Assembly (NCBI RefSeq): GCF_046119375.1
Contig: NW_027362769.1
Coordinates: forward strand, 373,364,001 to 373,428,000
Source: Phyllobates terribilis
Lineage: Eukaryota
Direction of reading: 5' to 3'
Length of the DNA: 64,000 nucleotides
Both the position numbers and the translations under genes were made by a program. This document shows positions 27,888 to 51,003 of the stretch, piece after piece. The stretch's first letter is position 1. Every line of letters begins with the position of its first letter. The notes beneath the pieces were generated by a model. The model did no database searches. It was given only the letters and a program-made list of their open reading frames with translations, and was not told the DNA's origin.

Positions 27888-30800
27888 ATGGCGGCCTCCA
27901 AGTGCTCGCGGCTGAGCGGGGAGCTGTCCCGCCGGGTGCTGGCCTCGGTGGACACGCTGCTCTTTGACTGTGACGGGGTGCTGTGGCGGGGGGACGAGGC
28001 GGTGCCGGGGGCCCCGGAGCTGGTCACCGCCCTGCGGAGCAGCGGGAAGCGGGTCTTCTACCTGACGAACAACAGCACCAAGACCCGGGCCATGTACGCC
28101 GAGAAGCTGGGCCGGCTGGGCTTCGGAGCGGAGCCGGGGGAGGTGTTCGGCACCGCGTACTGCACGGCCCGGTACCTGCGGGACGAGGCGCGGCTGCAGG
28201 GGAAGGTCTATCTGATCGGCGGCACGGCGCTGAGCCGGGAGCTGGAGGCGGCGGGGATCCCGCATGTGGGCAGCGGCCCGGAGCCGGTCACCGGCGGGAT
28301 GAAGGACTGGGCGGCGCTGGAGAAGGACCCGGATGTGCGGGCGGTGGTGGTCGGCTTCGACGAGCACTTCAGCTACATGAAACTGACGCGAGCGCTCCAC
28401 TATCTGCAGGACCCGGAATGTCTGTTCATCGCCACCAACACCGACACCCGCCTGCCGCTGGAGGGAGGACGCGTCATCCCCGGTACTGACCTGACGGGAC
28501 TGAAGCAGACGCCGCTCGGCCTCCTATATAAAGACTGACATTGATTCCCATAACAATCAATCAGAGCGCAGCTCTCAATTGTACTGAGCACTGTAAAGAA
28601 TGAAAGCTGCGTTCTGATTGGCTGCAATGAGTAACTAAGACAGTTTTCTTTTGACGCTGAGCTCTGATAGGTTGCTATGGTTATCCAGGGAAGCTTTCTG
28701 TTATTTATATTTGCCCAGCGGTGCTGGCACCGCCCCCCATTCTGTATGGAGGACTATGTGGGGCCCATTATTCTGTATGAAGGACTATGTGGGGCCCATT
28801 ATACTGTATGGAGGACTATGTGGGGCCATTATTCTGTATGGAGGACTATGTGGGGCCCATTATACTGTATGGAGGACTATGTGGGGTCATTATTCTGTAT
28901 GGAGGACTATGTGGGGTCATTATACTGTATGGAGGACTATGTGGGGGCCATTACACTGTATGAAGGACTATGTGGGGCCCATTATACTGTATGGAGGACT
29001 ATGTGGGGCCCATTATACTGTATGGAGGACTATGTGGGGCCCATTATACTGTATGGAGGACTATGTGGGGCCCATTATACTGTATGGAGGACTATGTGGG
29101 GCCCATTATACTGTATGGAGGACTATGTGGTGCCATTATTCTGTATGGAGGACTATGTGGGGTCATTATTCTGTATGGAGGACTATGTGGGGCCCATTAT
29201 ACTATATGGAGGACTATGTGGGGCCCATTATACTGTATGGAGGACTATGTGGGGCCCATTATACTGTATGGAGGACTATGTGGGGCCCATTATACTGTAT
29301 GGAGGACTATGTGGGGTCATTATTCTGTATGGAGGACTATGTGGGGTCATTATACTATATGGAGGACTATGTGGGGCCCATTATACTGTATGGAGGACTA
29401 TGTGGGGCCCATTATACTGTATGGAGGACTATGTGGGGTCATTATACTGTATGGAGGACTATGTGGGGTCATTATACTGTATGGAGGACTACGTGGGGTC
29501 ATTATACTGTATGGAGGACTATGTGGGGTCATTATACTGTATGGAGGACTATGTGGGGTCATTATACTGTATGGAGGACTATGTGGGGTCATTATACTGT
29601 ATGGAGGACTATGTGGGGTCATTATACTGTATGGAGGACTATGTGGGGCTATTATTCTGTATGGAGGACTATGTGGGGTCATTATTCTGTATGGAGGAGG
29701 ACTATGTGGGGTCATTATACTGTATGGAGGAGGACTATGTGGGGTCATTATACTGTATGGAGGAGGACTATGTGGGGTCATTATACTGTATGGAGGAGGA
29801 CTATGTGGGGTCATTATACTGTATGGAGGAGGACTATGTGGGGTCATTATACTGTATGGAGGAGGACTATGTGGGGTCATTATACTGTATGGAGGAGGAC
29901 TATGTGGGGTCATTATACTGTATGGAGGAGTATGTGTGGGGCCCCCCCCATACTGTATGGAGGAGTATGTGTGGGGCCCCCCCCCATACTGTATGGAGGA
30001 GTATGTGTGGGGCCCCCCCCCCATACTGTATGGAGGAGTATGTGTGGGGCCCCCCCCCATACTGTATGGAGGAGTATGTGTGGGGCCCCCCCCCCCATAC
30101 TGTATGGAGGAGTATGTGTGGGCCCCCCCCCCCATACTGTATGGAGGAGTATGTGTGGGCCCCCCCCCCATACTGTATGGAGGAGTATGTGTGGGGCCCC
30201 CCCCCATACTGTATGGAGGAGTATGTGTGGGGCCCCCCCCCATACTGTATGGAGGAGTATGTGTGGGGCCCCCCCCCATACTGTATGGAGGAGTATGTGT
30301 GGGGCCCCCCCCCCATACTGTATGGAGGAGTATGTGTGGGGCCCCCCCCCATACTGTATGGAGGAGTATGTGTGGGCCCCCCCCCCATACTGTATGGAGG
30401 AGTATGTGTGGGGCCCCCCCCATACTGTATGGAGGAGTATGTGTGGGGCCCCCCCCCATACTGTATGGAGGAGTATGTGTGGGGCCCCCCCCCATACTGT
30501 ATGGAGGAGTATGTGTGGGGCCCCCCCCCATACTGTATGGAGGAGTATGTGTGGGGCCCCCCCCATACTGTATGGAGGAGTATGTGTGGGGCCCCCCCCC
30601 ATACTGTATGGAGGAGTATGTGTGGGGCCCCCCCCCATACTGTATGGAGGAGTATGTGTGGGGCCCCCCCCATACTGTATGGAGGAGTATGTGTGGGGGC
30701 CCCCCCCATACTGTATGGAGGAGTATGTGTGGGGCCCCCCCCCATACTGTATGGAGGAGTATGTGTGGGGCCCCCCCCCATACTGTATGGAGGAGTATGT

Positions 30801-33800
30801 GTGGGGCCCCCTCCCATACTGTATGGAGGAGTATGTGTGGGGCCCCCCCCCATACTGTATGGAGGAGTATGTGTGGGGCCCCCCCCATACTGTATGGAGG
30901 AGTATGTGTGGGGCCCCCCCCCCCCATACTGTATGGAGGAGTATGTGTGGGGCCCCCCCCCCCATACTGTATGGAGGAGTATGTGTGGGGCCCCCCCCCC
31001 CCATACTGTATGGAGGAGTATGTGTGGGGCCCCCCCCCCCATACTGTATGGAGGAGTATGTGTGGGGCCCCCCCCCCCATACTGTATGGAGGAGTATGTG
31101 TGGGGCCCCCCCCCCCCATACTGTATGGAGGAGTATGTGTGGGGCCCCCCCCCATACTGTATGGAGGAGTATGTGTGGGGCCCCCCCCCCATACTGTATG
31201 GAGGAGTATGTGTGGGGCCCCCCCCCATACTGTATGGAGGAGTATGTGTGGGCCCCCCCCCCCATACTGTATGGAGGAGTATGTGTGGGCCCCCCCCCCC
31301 ATACTGTATGGAGGAGTATGTGTGGGGGCCCCCCCCCCATACTGTATGGAGGAGTATGTGTGGGGGCCCCCCCCCCATACTGTATGGAGGAGTATGTGTG
31401 GGGCCCCCCCCCCATACTGTATGGAGGAGTATGTGTGGGGCCCCCCCCCCATACTGTATGGAGGAGTATGTGTGGGGCCCCCCCCCCCATACTGTATGGA
31501 GGAGTATGTGTGGGGCCCCCCCCCATACTGTATGGAGGAGTATGTGTGGGCCCCCCCCCATACTGTATGGAGGAGTATGTGGGGCCATTATGCTGTATGG
31601 AGGAGTATGTGGGGCCCCCCATACTGTATGGAGGAGTATGTGGGGGCCCATTATGCTGTATGGAGGAGTATGTGGGGCCCCCCATGCTGTATGGAGGAGT
31701 ATGTGGGGCCCCCCATGCTGTATGGAGGAGTATGTGGGGGGCCCCCCATGCTGTATGGAGGAGTATGTGGGGGCCCCCGTTATACTGTATGGAGGAGTAT
31801 GTGGGGGCCCCCGTTATACTGTATGGAGGAGTATGTGGGGCCCCCGTTATACTGTATGGAGGAGTATGTGGGGGCCCCGTTATACTGTATGGAGGAGTAT
31901 GGAGGGCTGTTAATACATCTCAAGGTTGACCCGTGACTTTTATTTTGTCCATCTCTGTAGTTGACATCCCTGCATTAGATGTACTGAATGATTGTGACAG
32001 CGGAGGAAGTGGCTCCATCCCGTCAGGCGCTGTCGTGTCCCCGATGCTCGGCTCGTTGCTGCATATCTTACATAAGACTGGTGATGGGTGACGCAATCAA
32101 ACACATCAACTCTTGTATGCGTCCGGTTATTGCAGAACCTAATTACTCTGTTCACACTTGCACTAATGTGACAGATGGCATCAGCCGATAACGGCCAAGA
32201 TCTGGAAAGAAACTTGCTGACGGCTTCACCCATGGAGCTGCTGATGCCAGCACTAGGCGGGTGTAATCTACAGCCTTATCTGTCAGCAGTGCTATTTTTG
32301 GACCTTAAAGGGGTTTTCCACTACTATTTTATTTTAATATATAAATCTTGCCCAGGTTGGTGTAGAAAGTGGGTTTTTTTGGGGGGTTTTTTTTTTACAC
32401 CATACTGGGCCAGATCTTCATGTAAATATTAGTCAAGGACAATCCCTTTAAGCTGGCCACACACTAGAGATATTTTACAAGGCCGATTTAGACAAAGTCC
32501 ATTCATCCGTCAGCGCCTTTTCTTGGCTCAAGATGGAGCTGATGGCAGATATGTTAGATTTTTTCCGCTTGTGATCTGGTGATCTAGTTTATTTATAGGG
32601 ATTGGTGTCAAACTACAGATCTACATTCCATCACCCGAAGACCGGGCTGCAATAGAGACTGAGCCATCGTTTTGTCCAGATTGACCATTCGCTTGTGGCA
32701 TTGTCGTCCACAAGATGGCGACCTTCACAGCACGAGATTTTCAGAAATCTGCTGTCTCAGGTCCCTAATGTGCGTCCAGCATTATCTTGGCTTCCAGCAG
32801 GGTTGTCATTAGATTTCACAATGCAAATGAAATACATTACTCTGAGGCTGGTGTACTTGCTGGAATAATCCATGTCAGCATAACTGTATGATCCTTTATA
32901 AAAGTTAACAGTTCAGTGTCCCTCCTCCCTGCTACTGAATCTGTACCAACATTGCCTGATTGACAGCCCATAAGTGCCCTCATCCCTGCTGCATCATCTC
33001 CACCCACCTAGTGTGATTGACAGCTCAAGTGCCACCCACATATCCTGATTGAAAGATCCTCAGAGCCCCTCCTCCTTACAGCTGCAGAATCTCCATCCAC
33101 CTATCCTATTCTGATTTACAGCGCCTTAGTGCCCCTACTGCGGAATCCCCACCCACCTAGCATGATTTACAGCGCCTCCGTGCCCTTCCTCCCTGCTTCT
33201 GCATCTACCAACATTGCCTGATTGACAACCCCTCAGTGCCCCTCATCCCTGCTGCAGAATGTGCCACCCACCTAGCCTCATTGACAGCCCCTCAGTGCCC
33301 CTCGTCCCTGCTGCAATCTCCACCTACCTAGCGTGATTGACAGCTCCTCAGTGTCCCTCCTCCCTTGTACTGCAGAATCTCCACCCACCTTGCCTGATTT
33401 ACAGCACCTGAGTTCCCCTTCTCCCTACTGCAGAATCCCCACCCACATAGCGTGATTAACAGCTCAGTGCCTCTCCTCCCTGCTGCAGAATCTCCACCCA
33501 CCTTGCCTGATTGATAGTGCTTCAGTGCTCCTTTTCCATGCTGCAGAATCTCCACCTAGCCTGATTGACAGCTCCTCAGTGTCCCTCCTCCCCGCTGCAG
33601 AATCTTCACCCACCTAGCCTGATTGACAGCTCAGTGTCCCTCCTCCCCGCTGCAGAATCTCCATCCAACTAGCCTGATTGACAGCTCAGTGTCCCTCCTC
33701 CCTGCTGAGATCTCGCTGCAGCTGTCAGGCTGGCTGGGCGGAGACTGAATACATTGGACTCATTCTCTCTCACTTTTTAGCTGGACTCCTAAAATGAGCT

Positions 33801-34189
33801 GTCCGGTTTGGATTTTCTTTAGCAGCGCTCAGGCTTTTTACCTGTTGTCCGTCTCTTCTTTAGGAACCGGCTGCATGGTGCGAGCAGTCGAAACTGCAGC
33901 TCATCGCAAAGCGCAGGTGATCGGGAAGCCCAACTCTTTCCTCTACGACTGCGTTGTCAAAGAATGTGGCTTGGATCCGTCAAGTACCGTGATGGTGGGA
34001 GATCGCCTGGACACAGACATCCAAATGGGATCCACCTGCGGGATCCGGACACTCCTGACCCTGACCGGATTCTCCAGTCTTGAGGAAGCAAAGTCTCACC
34101 AAGAAAACGGCTCCCTCTCCTTGGTCCCTGACTTCTACGTGGACTCTGTTGCCGATCTGCTTCCGGCGCTGTCTCCTGCCGATCAGTGA
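27888..34189 (+). CDS. PGP: Phosphoglycolate / glycerol-3-phosphate phosphatase (HAD family), 2 exons, 306 aa
   Basis: Exon 1 27888-28482 (FDCDGVLW DxD motif, [29 protein letters not shown]; donor GTACTG). Exon 2 33864-34189 ([24 protein letters not shown]). Phase-1 intron, as in the recalled two-exon human gene. Confidence 0.96.
28735..31900. repeat. 3.2-kb minisatellite in the PGP intron (30-39 bp units)
   Basis: Units shift from GGGGCCCATTATACTGTATGGAGGACTATGT (31 bp) to 30-bp and 33-bp variants, then to poly-C units GGGGC(n)ATACTGTATGGAGGAGTATGTGT. Confidence 0.97.
32930..33705. repeat. Degenerate ~55-65-bp tandem repeat in the PGP intron
   Basis: Recurrent CCTGATTGACAGCTCAGTGTCCCTCCTCCC...GCTGCAGAATCTCCACCCACC. 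Confidence 0.75.
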
Positions 34190-34357
34190 CCAGTCCGTTG
34201 CGGTTCCGTACTGCCTCCTTGTCCGGGGAGCGATCACCTGCAGCTGAATTTACATAGAATGAAAAATTATATCTGTATTATTTATTTTACAAAATATTGA
34301 ATTATTTTACAGAAACTGCGTTCAATTTCAGTTCATTTTTTTGCGGGGGAGCGAAGA

Positions 34358-35045
34358 GGGAACGAGACCCTTACAGGATAGATTACACTCATATATTGTA
34401 GTTCTTGGTTCCATCCCATCCATAGGGATGAAAACTAAAAATAAACTTCCGCTAGGAAGAAAGACGGCCCCATACTTCCTGCTCACTGCAGACACACTTG
34501 ACCACTGCAGTCAATCACTTTAGTCACTTTTATAACCAGTGATCGGATGCAGCGGTCAAACAGGAAGAATGGAGACCGGTAGCGGACCTAGCTGAGGCGC
34601 ATCGGGAGTATTAGGTTACAGCATCCTTAGTGCTGTAAGGGATATATATGATTGATAGGTTGGGGTCCCTTTCTGCCGCTGCATTTAGAAAGGGGTGACA
34701 AAATGCAGAGCTGCCGTGTAGGCCCTCCATAATAGGAGCTATGGAAAAAGCAGAGAGGTGACGCCTAAGGGATTAGGAATACTCCGGTAACACTTCCAAT
34801 ACTTTGGGCTAATTTTGCCCATGTTACCTGGCAGTAAGTGTTGCAGCTCTTTACTGCAGCCACCTTAAGTTTGGGGTATACGGAAAGTGATTGGCTGCAG
34901 TGGTCAAGTGTGTCTGCAGTGAGCAGGAAGTATGGGGCCGTCTTTCTTCCTAGCGGAAGTTTATTTTTAGTTTTCATCCCTATGGATGTGATGGAACCAA
35001 GAACTACAATATATGTGTAATCGATCCTGTAAGGGTCTCGTTCCC
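34358..35045. repeat. Long inverted repeat (arms ~163 bp, ~97% identical, 362-bp spacer) downstream of the PGP stop
   Basis: 34358-34521 versus the reverse complement of 34884-35045: 3 substitutions and one 2-nt indel by eye. Confidence 0.92.
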
Positions 35046-35498
35046 CCATGCACTCTCACGCAACGCACGCTCGCCCTATGCACTCTCACGCAACGCATGC
35101 TCGCCCTATGCACGCTCGCCCACGGGCGTGCGTTGCGTGAGCGTGCGTAGGGCGAGCGTGCGTGCATTGCGTGACCGTCCACAGGACGAGCATGTGCCGT
35201 TCTGCTGGATGTCGTGGGAAATGTAGTTCTCAATGGCAAGGCTGCCTGATCGACCATTCTGCTGTCTCTGCCTCCACCTGTAAGTGTGACTGTCGTACGG
35301 AGGACACAGAGGAGATGGGTGAAAGGTTATTGATCATTTACAATAATTAATTGGTCCTCGTATTTCCAGACATTTGATAATGTGATAAATAGATAAATCG
35401 GAAAATTAATTAATTTATAAATAATATCCTATCACCCTTCCCCCACCCCCTCCAAAAAAAAAAGCGCCGACTACTACCCTTCTCCCAACCTGCTGTCC

Positions 35499-38400
35499 AG
35501 AAGTGGGGCGGGTCTATGTCTACAGGAAGTGGGGGCGGGTCTATACAGGAAGTGGAAGCAGGTCTATAGCTACAGGAAGTGAGGGTGGGTCTATGTCTAC
35601 AGGAAGTGGAAGCAGGTCTATAGCTACAGGAAGTGGGGTGGGTCTATGTCTACAGAATGTGGGAGCAGGTCTATAGCTACAGGAAGTGGGGGCGGGTCTA
35701 TACAGGAAGTGGAAGCAGGTCTATAGCTACAGGAAGTGGGGGCAGGTCTATAGCTATAGGAAGAGTGGGCGGGTCTATTTCTACAGGAAGTGGGGGTGGG
35801 TCTAGTTCTACAGGAAGTGGGGGCTGATCTATATTTACAGGAAGTGGGGAGCTGGTCTATATCTGCATAAAGTGAGGACGGGTTTATATCTACAGGAAGT
35901 GGTAGCGAGTATATTTCTACAGGAAGTGTGGGTGGGTCTATATAGCTCTACAGGAAGTGTGGGCGGGTCTATACAGGAAGTGGGGGTGGGTCTATATATC
36001 TACAGGAAGTGGGGAGCTGGTCTATATATAAAGTGAGGACGGGTCTATATCTACAGGAAGTGTGGGTGGGTCTATATCTCTACAGGAAGTGTGGACAAGT
36101 CTATACAGGAAGTGGGGTGGGTCTGTATCTACAGGAAGTGGGAGCTGGTCTATAGCTACAGGAAGTGAGGGCGGGTCTATTTCTACAGGAAGTGGGGACG
36201 GGTTTATATATCTACAGGAAGTGGGGGTGGGTCTATACAGGAAGTGGGGGCAGGTCTATATCTACAGGAAGTGGGGGCGGGTCTATACCTCTACAGGAAG
36301 TGGGGGCGGGTCTATACTTCTACAGGAAGTGGGGGTGGGTCTATATTTACAGGAAGTGGGGTGGGTCTGTATCTACAGGAAGTGGGAGCTGGTCTATAGC
36401 TACAGAAAGTAAGGGCGGGTCTATTTATACAGGAAGTGGGGGCAGGTATATATATCTACAGGAAGTGGGGGCAGGTCTATAACTACAGGAAGAGGGGGGT
36501 GGGTCTATACAGGAAGTGGGAGCGGGTCTATAGCTACAGAAAGTGGGGATGGGTCTATATCTACAGGAAGTGTGGGTGGGTCTATATATCTACAGGAAGT
36601 TTGGGCGGGTCTATATGTCTACAGGAAGTGTGGGCAGGTCTATATCTACAGAAAGTGGGAGCGGGTCTCTACAGGAAGTGGAGGCTGGTCTATATCTCTA
36701 CGAGAAGTGGGGATGGGTTTATATCTACAGGAAGTGGGGGCGGGTCTCTATCTCTACAGGAAGTGGGGGCGGGTTTATATCTACAGGAAGTGTGGGCAGG
36801 TCTATTTCTACAGAAAGTGTGGGCGGGTCTATATATCTACTGGAAGTGTGGGCGGGTCTATATCTCTACAGGAAGTGTGGGCTAGTCTATGTATACAGGA
36901 AGAGGGGGTGGGTCTGTATCTACAGGAAGAGGGGTGGGTCTATATCTACAGGAAGTGGGAGCGGGTCTATAGCTACAGGAAGTGGGGGCGGGTCTTTCTA
37001 CAGAATGTGGGGGCGGTTCTATTTCTACAGGAAGTGTGGGCGCGTCTATATGTCTACAGGAAGTGGGGGCAGGTCTATTTCTACAGAAAGTGGGAGCGGG
37101 TATATACAGGAAGTGGAGGCGGGTCTATATTTCTACGAGAAGTGGGGATGGGTTTATATCTACAGGAAGTGGGGAGCAGGTCTATACAGAAAGTGGGGGC
37201 GGGTCACTAGCTCCACAGGAAGTGGGGGTGGGTTTATATTGACAGGAAGTGTGGGCGGTCTATATATCTACAGGAAGTGTGGGCGGGTCTATATCTCTAC
37301 AGCAAGTGTGGGCGAGTCTATATCTACAGGAAGTGGGGTGGGTCTGTATCTACAGGAAGTGGGGGCGGGTTTATATATCTACAGGAAGTGGGGACAGGTC
37401 GGTCTATACAGGAAGTGGGGGTGAGTCTATTTCTACAGAAAGTGTGGGCTGGTCTATATCTACAGGAAGTGGGGTGGGTCTATCTACAGGAAGTGGGAGC
37501 TGGTCTATAGCTACAGGAAGTGAGGGCGGGTCTATTTATACAGAAAGTGGGGGCGGGTTTATATGTCTACAGGAAGTGGGGCAGGTCTATAGCTACAGGA
37601 AGTGTGGGCAGGTCGGTCTATACAGGAAGTGGGGGTGAGTCTATTTCTACAGAAAGTGTGGGCGGATCTGTATATCAACAGGAAGTGTGGGTTGGTCTAT
37701 ATCTCTACAGGAAGTGGAGGCGGGTCTATACAGGAAGTGGGAGCTGGTCTATTTCTATAGGAAGTGGGGGCAGGTCTATATATCTACAGGAAGTGGGAGC
37801 GGGTCTATAGCTACAGGAAGTGAGGGCGGGTCTATTTCTGCAAGAAGTGTGGGCAGTTCTATTTCAACAGGAAGTGTGGGGGGGTCTATATGTCTACAGG
37901 AAGTGGGGGCAGGTCTATATCTACAGAAAGTGAGAGCGAGTCTATACAGGAAGTGGAGACGGGTCTATATGAGAAGTGGGGATGGGTTTATATCTACAGG
38001 AAGTGGGGAGCAGGTCTATATCTACAGAAAGTGGGGGAGGGTCTATACAGGAAAGTGGGGGCAGCTCTCTACAGGAAGTGGGGGTGGGTCTATATCTACA
38101 GGAAGTGGGAGCAGGTCTATATCTACAAGAAGTGTGGGCGGGTCTATACAGGAAGAGGGGGTGGGTCTATTTCTATAGGAAGTGTGGGTGGGTCTCTATA
38201 GGAAGTGAGGGCAGGTCTATAGCTACAAGAAGTAGGGAGCATATCTATATCTCTACATAAAGTGGGGATGGGTCTATATATACAAGAAGCGGGGGCGGGT
38301 CTATATATACAGGAAGTGTGGGCAGGTCTATATATCTACAGGATGTGTGGGCGGGTCTATATCTCTACAGGAAGTGGGGGTGGGTCTATATCTACAGAAA

Positions 38401-40895
38401 GTGGGAGCGGATCTAAACAGGAAGTGGAGGCGGGTCTATATCTCTACAAGAAGTGGGGGTGGGTTTAAATCTACATCTACAGGAAGTGGAAGCAGGTCTA
38501 TAGCTACAGGAAGTAAGGGCGGGTCTATTTCTACAGGAAGTGGGGGCGGGTCTATACAAGAAGTGGAGGCGAGTTTATATCTCTACAAGAAGTGGGGGTG
38601 GGTCTATATCTACAGGAAGTAGGGAGCGGGTCTATATCTACAGGAAGTGGGGGCTGGTCTATACAGGAAGTGGGGGCGGTCTATATCTACAGGAAGTGGG
38701 GGCAGGTCTATATCTACAGGAAGTATGGGCGGGTCTATACAGGAAATGGGGGTGGTTCTATTTCTATGATGAGTGGGGGCGGGTCTATATATCTACAGGA
38801 AGTGGAGGCAGGTCTATATCTCTACAGGAAGTGGGGAGCAGGTCTATATCTCTACATAAAGTGGGGACGGGTCTATTCAGGAAATGGGGACAGGTCTATA
38901 TCTATAGGAAGTGGGGGCAAGTATATCTACAGGAAGTGGGGGCGGGTCTATATCTCTACAAAAAGTGGGGGTGGGTCTATATCTCTACAGGAAGTGGGGG
39001 CAGGTCTATATCTCTACAGGAAGTGGTAGAGCAGGTCTATATCTACAGGAAGTGGGGGCGGGTCTATATCTACAGGAAGTGGGGGCAGGTCTATATCTCT
39101 ACAGGAAGTGGGGCGGGTCTATATCTACAGGAAGTGGGAGACGGTCTATATCTACCAGAAGTGGGGGCGTGTCTATATCTACAGGAAATGGGGGCAGGTC
39201 TATATCTATAGGAAGTGGGGGCAAGTATATCTACAGGAAGTGGGGGCGGGTCTATATCTCTACAAGAAGTGGGGGTGGGGCTACATCTCTACAGGAAGTG
39301 GGGGCAGGTCTATATCTCTACAGGAAGTGGTAGAGCAGGTCTATATCTACAGGAAGTGGGGGCGGGTCTATATCTACAGGAAGTGGGAGCAGGTCTATAT
39401 CTCTACAGTAAGTGGGGCGGGTCTATATCTACAGGAAGTGGGAAATGGTCTATATCTACCAGAAATGGAGGCGTGTCTATATCTACAGGAAGTGGGGGCG
39501 GGTCTATACAGGAAGTGGGGGTGGGTCTATATCTACAGGAAATGGGGGCGGGTCTATAAATCTACAGGAAGTGGGAAGCAGGTCTATATCTCTACATAAA
39601 GTGAGGGCGTGTCTATATCTACAGGAAGTGGGGGCGGGTCTATATCTACAGGAAGTGGGGGTGGGTCTACATCTCTACAAGAAGTGGGGGTGGGTCTATA
39701 TCTCAACAAGAAGTGGGGGCGGATCTATATCTACAGGAAGTGGGGGCAGGTTTATATCTACAGGAAATGGGGGCGGGTCTATACAGGAAGTGGTAGCGGG
39801 TCTATATCTACAGGAAGTGGGAGCGGGTCTATATCTACAGGAATTGAGAGTGGGTCTATGTAGCGCCCCGAGGGTTCGGTCGCTACAGAGGTATTGCATC
39901 TCACCCAGAGGTGTGGTATCTCACTTCCAGGTAAGGATGGAGTATGGCTCAGGACCCTAACACCCACATGCACTACGCCACATTTCCGGGGGGCAGGGCG
40001 ACAATGCTCCCAAGAGTGAGCACAACTGTCCCTGTCCCTGGCTGGAGTGGGGGTCTATATCTCTACAAGAAGTGAGGGTGGGTCTATATCTACAGGAAGT
40101 GGGGAACGGGTCTATATCTTTACAGGAAGTGGAGGCAGGTCTATATCTCTACAGGAAGTGGGGAACGGGTCTATATCTCTACAGGAAGTGGGGGTGGGTC
40201 TATAGCTACAGGAAGTGGAGGCAGGTCTATACAGGAAGTGGAGGTGGGTCTATCTACAAGAAGTAGGGAGCTGGTTTTTATCTCTACAGGATGTGGGGAG
40301 CGGGTCTTTATTTCTACAGGAAGTGTGGGCGGGTCTTTATTGCTACAGGACGTGTGGGCAGGTCTTTATTTCTACAGGAAGTGGGGGCGTGTCTTTATCT
40401 CTACAGGAAGTGTGGGTCTTTATCTTTATAGGAAGTGGGGGCGGATCTCGATCTCTACATGAAGTGGGGGCAGGTATTTATCTCTACAGGAAGTGGAGGC
40501 GGGTCTATATCTCTACAGGAAGTGGAGGCGGGTCTATATCTCTACAGGAAGTGGGGGCAGGTATTTTTCTCTACAGGAAGTGTGGGTGGGTCTTGGTCTC
40601 TACAGGAAGTGGGAGCTGGTCTATTTCTACAGGAAGTGGGGGCAGGTCTATATCTCTACAGGAAGTGGGGGCAGGTCTATATCTCTAAAAGAAGTGGGGG
40701 CGGGTCTATATAACTTCAGGAGGTGGAGGTGGGTCTATTTCTGCAGGAAGTGGGGGCGGGTTTATCTCTCTGTCCCGAAAGTGGGGGTCTCTTTACAGGA
40801 TGTGAGGGAGGTCTTATGTCTCTCTACAGGAAGTGGGGGGTGGCGATCCTTTATCTCTACACAAAGAGGGTATAGGTCATCTCTCTACAGGAAAT
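35499..40895 (+). repeat. 5.4-kb G-rich ~25-29-bp minisatellite
   Basis: Unit consensus ACAGGAAGTGGGGGCGGGTCTATATCT; interrupted at 39859-~40045. Confidence 0.97.
39859..40045. mobile_element. Unique ~190-bp insert in the satellite, possibly an LTR 5' fragment
   Basis: Non-repeat block that starts TGTAGCGCCCC (TG start typical of LTRs). No closing CA end or TSD identified. Confidence 0.35.
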
Positions 40896-41822
40896 GGGAG
40901 TGGGTCAAACTGCATACAGACATAAGAAAGTGTCGTTTTTTTCTTTCCAGGGCACCAGGAGAATGGCAGGTGCAATGCATGCTGGGAAAAAAAAAACATG
41001 AAGTTCCAGCTCCTAATGTGCTGGCAGAATGCTAAAGAAGAGGAACTTCCAATTATAAAACAGTGGAAGGCAAATGAGAATCGGGACACTTCCAGGACAT
41101 ATTATACAGCTATGTGCACCAGGAGCAGATTTACCTTGTTTTTGGGGATGAGGGCGACTTTTATGCCTTTATAATTTTGGACCCTTTTTTTTTATACAGG
41201 CATCCACTTGGGTGCAGACTGACCAGGAAAAGCTGAAGTAGATGGGCAGACATATAGATATAGTAACGGGCTTGACGTTCACCTCTCGGGGAGGACGGCG
41301 CAGATCTCTGCAGCTGTCAGTCTAGGTTGGATCTGGCCGTCCTTCACGGTAGGTGACCCCTGTGTTACTGCCTGGCACATGGCCCTGTAGGATCTGTCCT
41401 TTTCCTTGTAGTTGTCTTTCTTCCCGTCCGTCCCTGGTTCCTGCACACTGTGTCTTTTGTGACTTGCTGAGAGGCAGGAATGTGCGCACTTGGCGTCCTC
41501 TCCATCCTGCCACCGATAACGCCTTTCTTTTTTTTGCCTTTTCCCCCCTTAGTACAAAGCCCGGGTTTGTGTTTCCATCTCACTGCTTCCAGTTCCAGGG
41601 GGGCTCTTTCTTTTCTCGTCTTCCAGTTTCTCATCACAGCTCGGCCATTGTTACATTCCTGCCTCTCGAGTTTCTCAGGTGGAGCCTGGCGGAGAAGGTG
41701 GCTCTGGAGGTGCGAGCTTCCCGGGTGCTGATGGACGTGCCCTTCACCCCTCGCCGTCCCCGGACGACCATGCACAATCTGCACATTGCAAGGACTGGCG
41801 GAGATTGGGACTGTAGCACAGC

Positions 41823-51003
<9,181 letters not shown>

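Noticed and set aside
29930-31560. Variable poly-C length as a coded pattern
   Set aside because: Cannot be separated from homopolymer sequencing error or slippage without raw reads.
28651-31936. Very long ORFs (583-1092 aa) on both strands
   Set aside because: They are translations of a stop-poor minisatellite inside the PGP intron, open in all frames, with no domain content.
33794-33863. N-terminal part of the 131-aa ORF as PGP coding sequence
   Set aside because: It is intronic; homology and the acceptor TTTAG place the exon start at 33864.
35633-40713. Dozens of overlapping ORFs (also at 46712-48543, 9777-10858 and 27095-27813)
   Set aside because: All are translations of tandem repeats.
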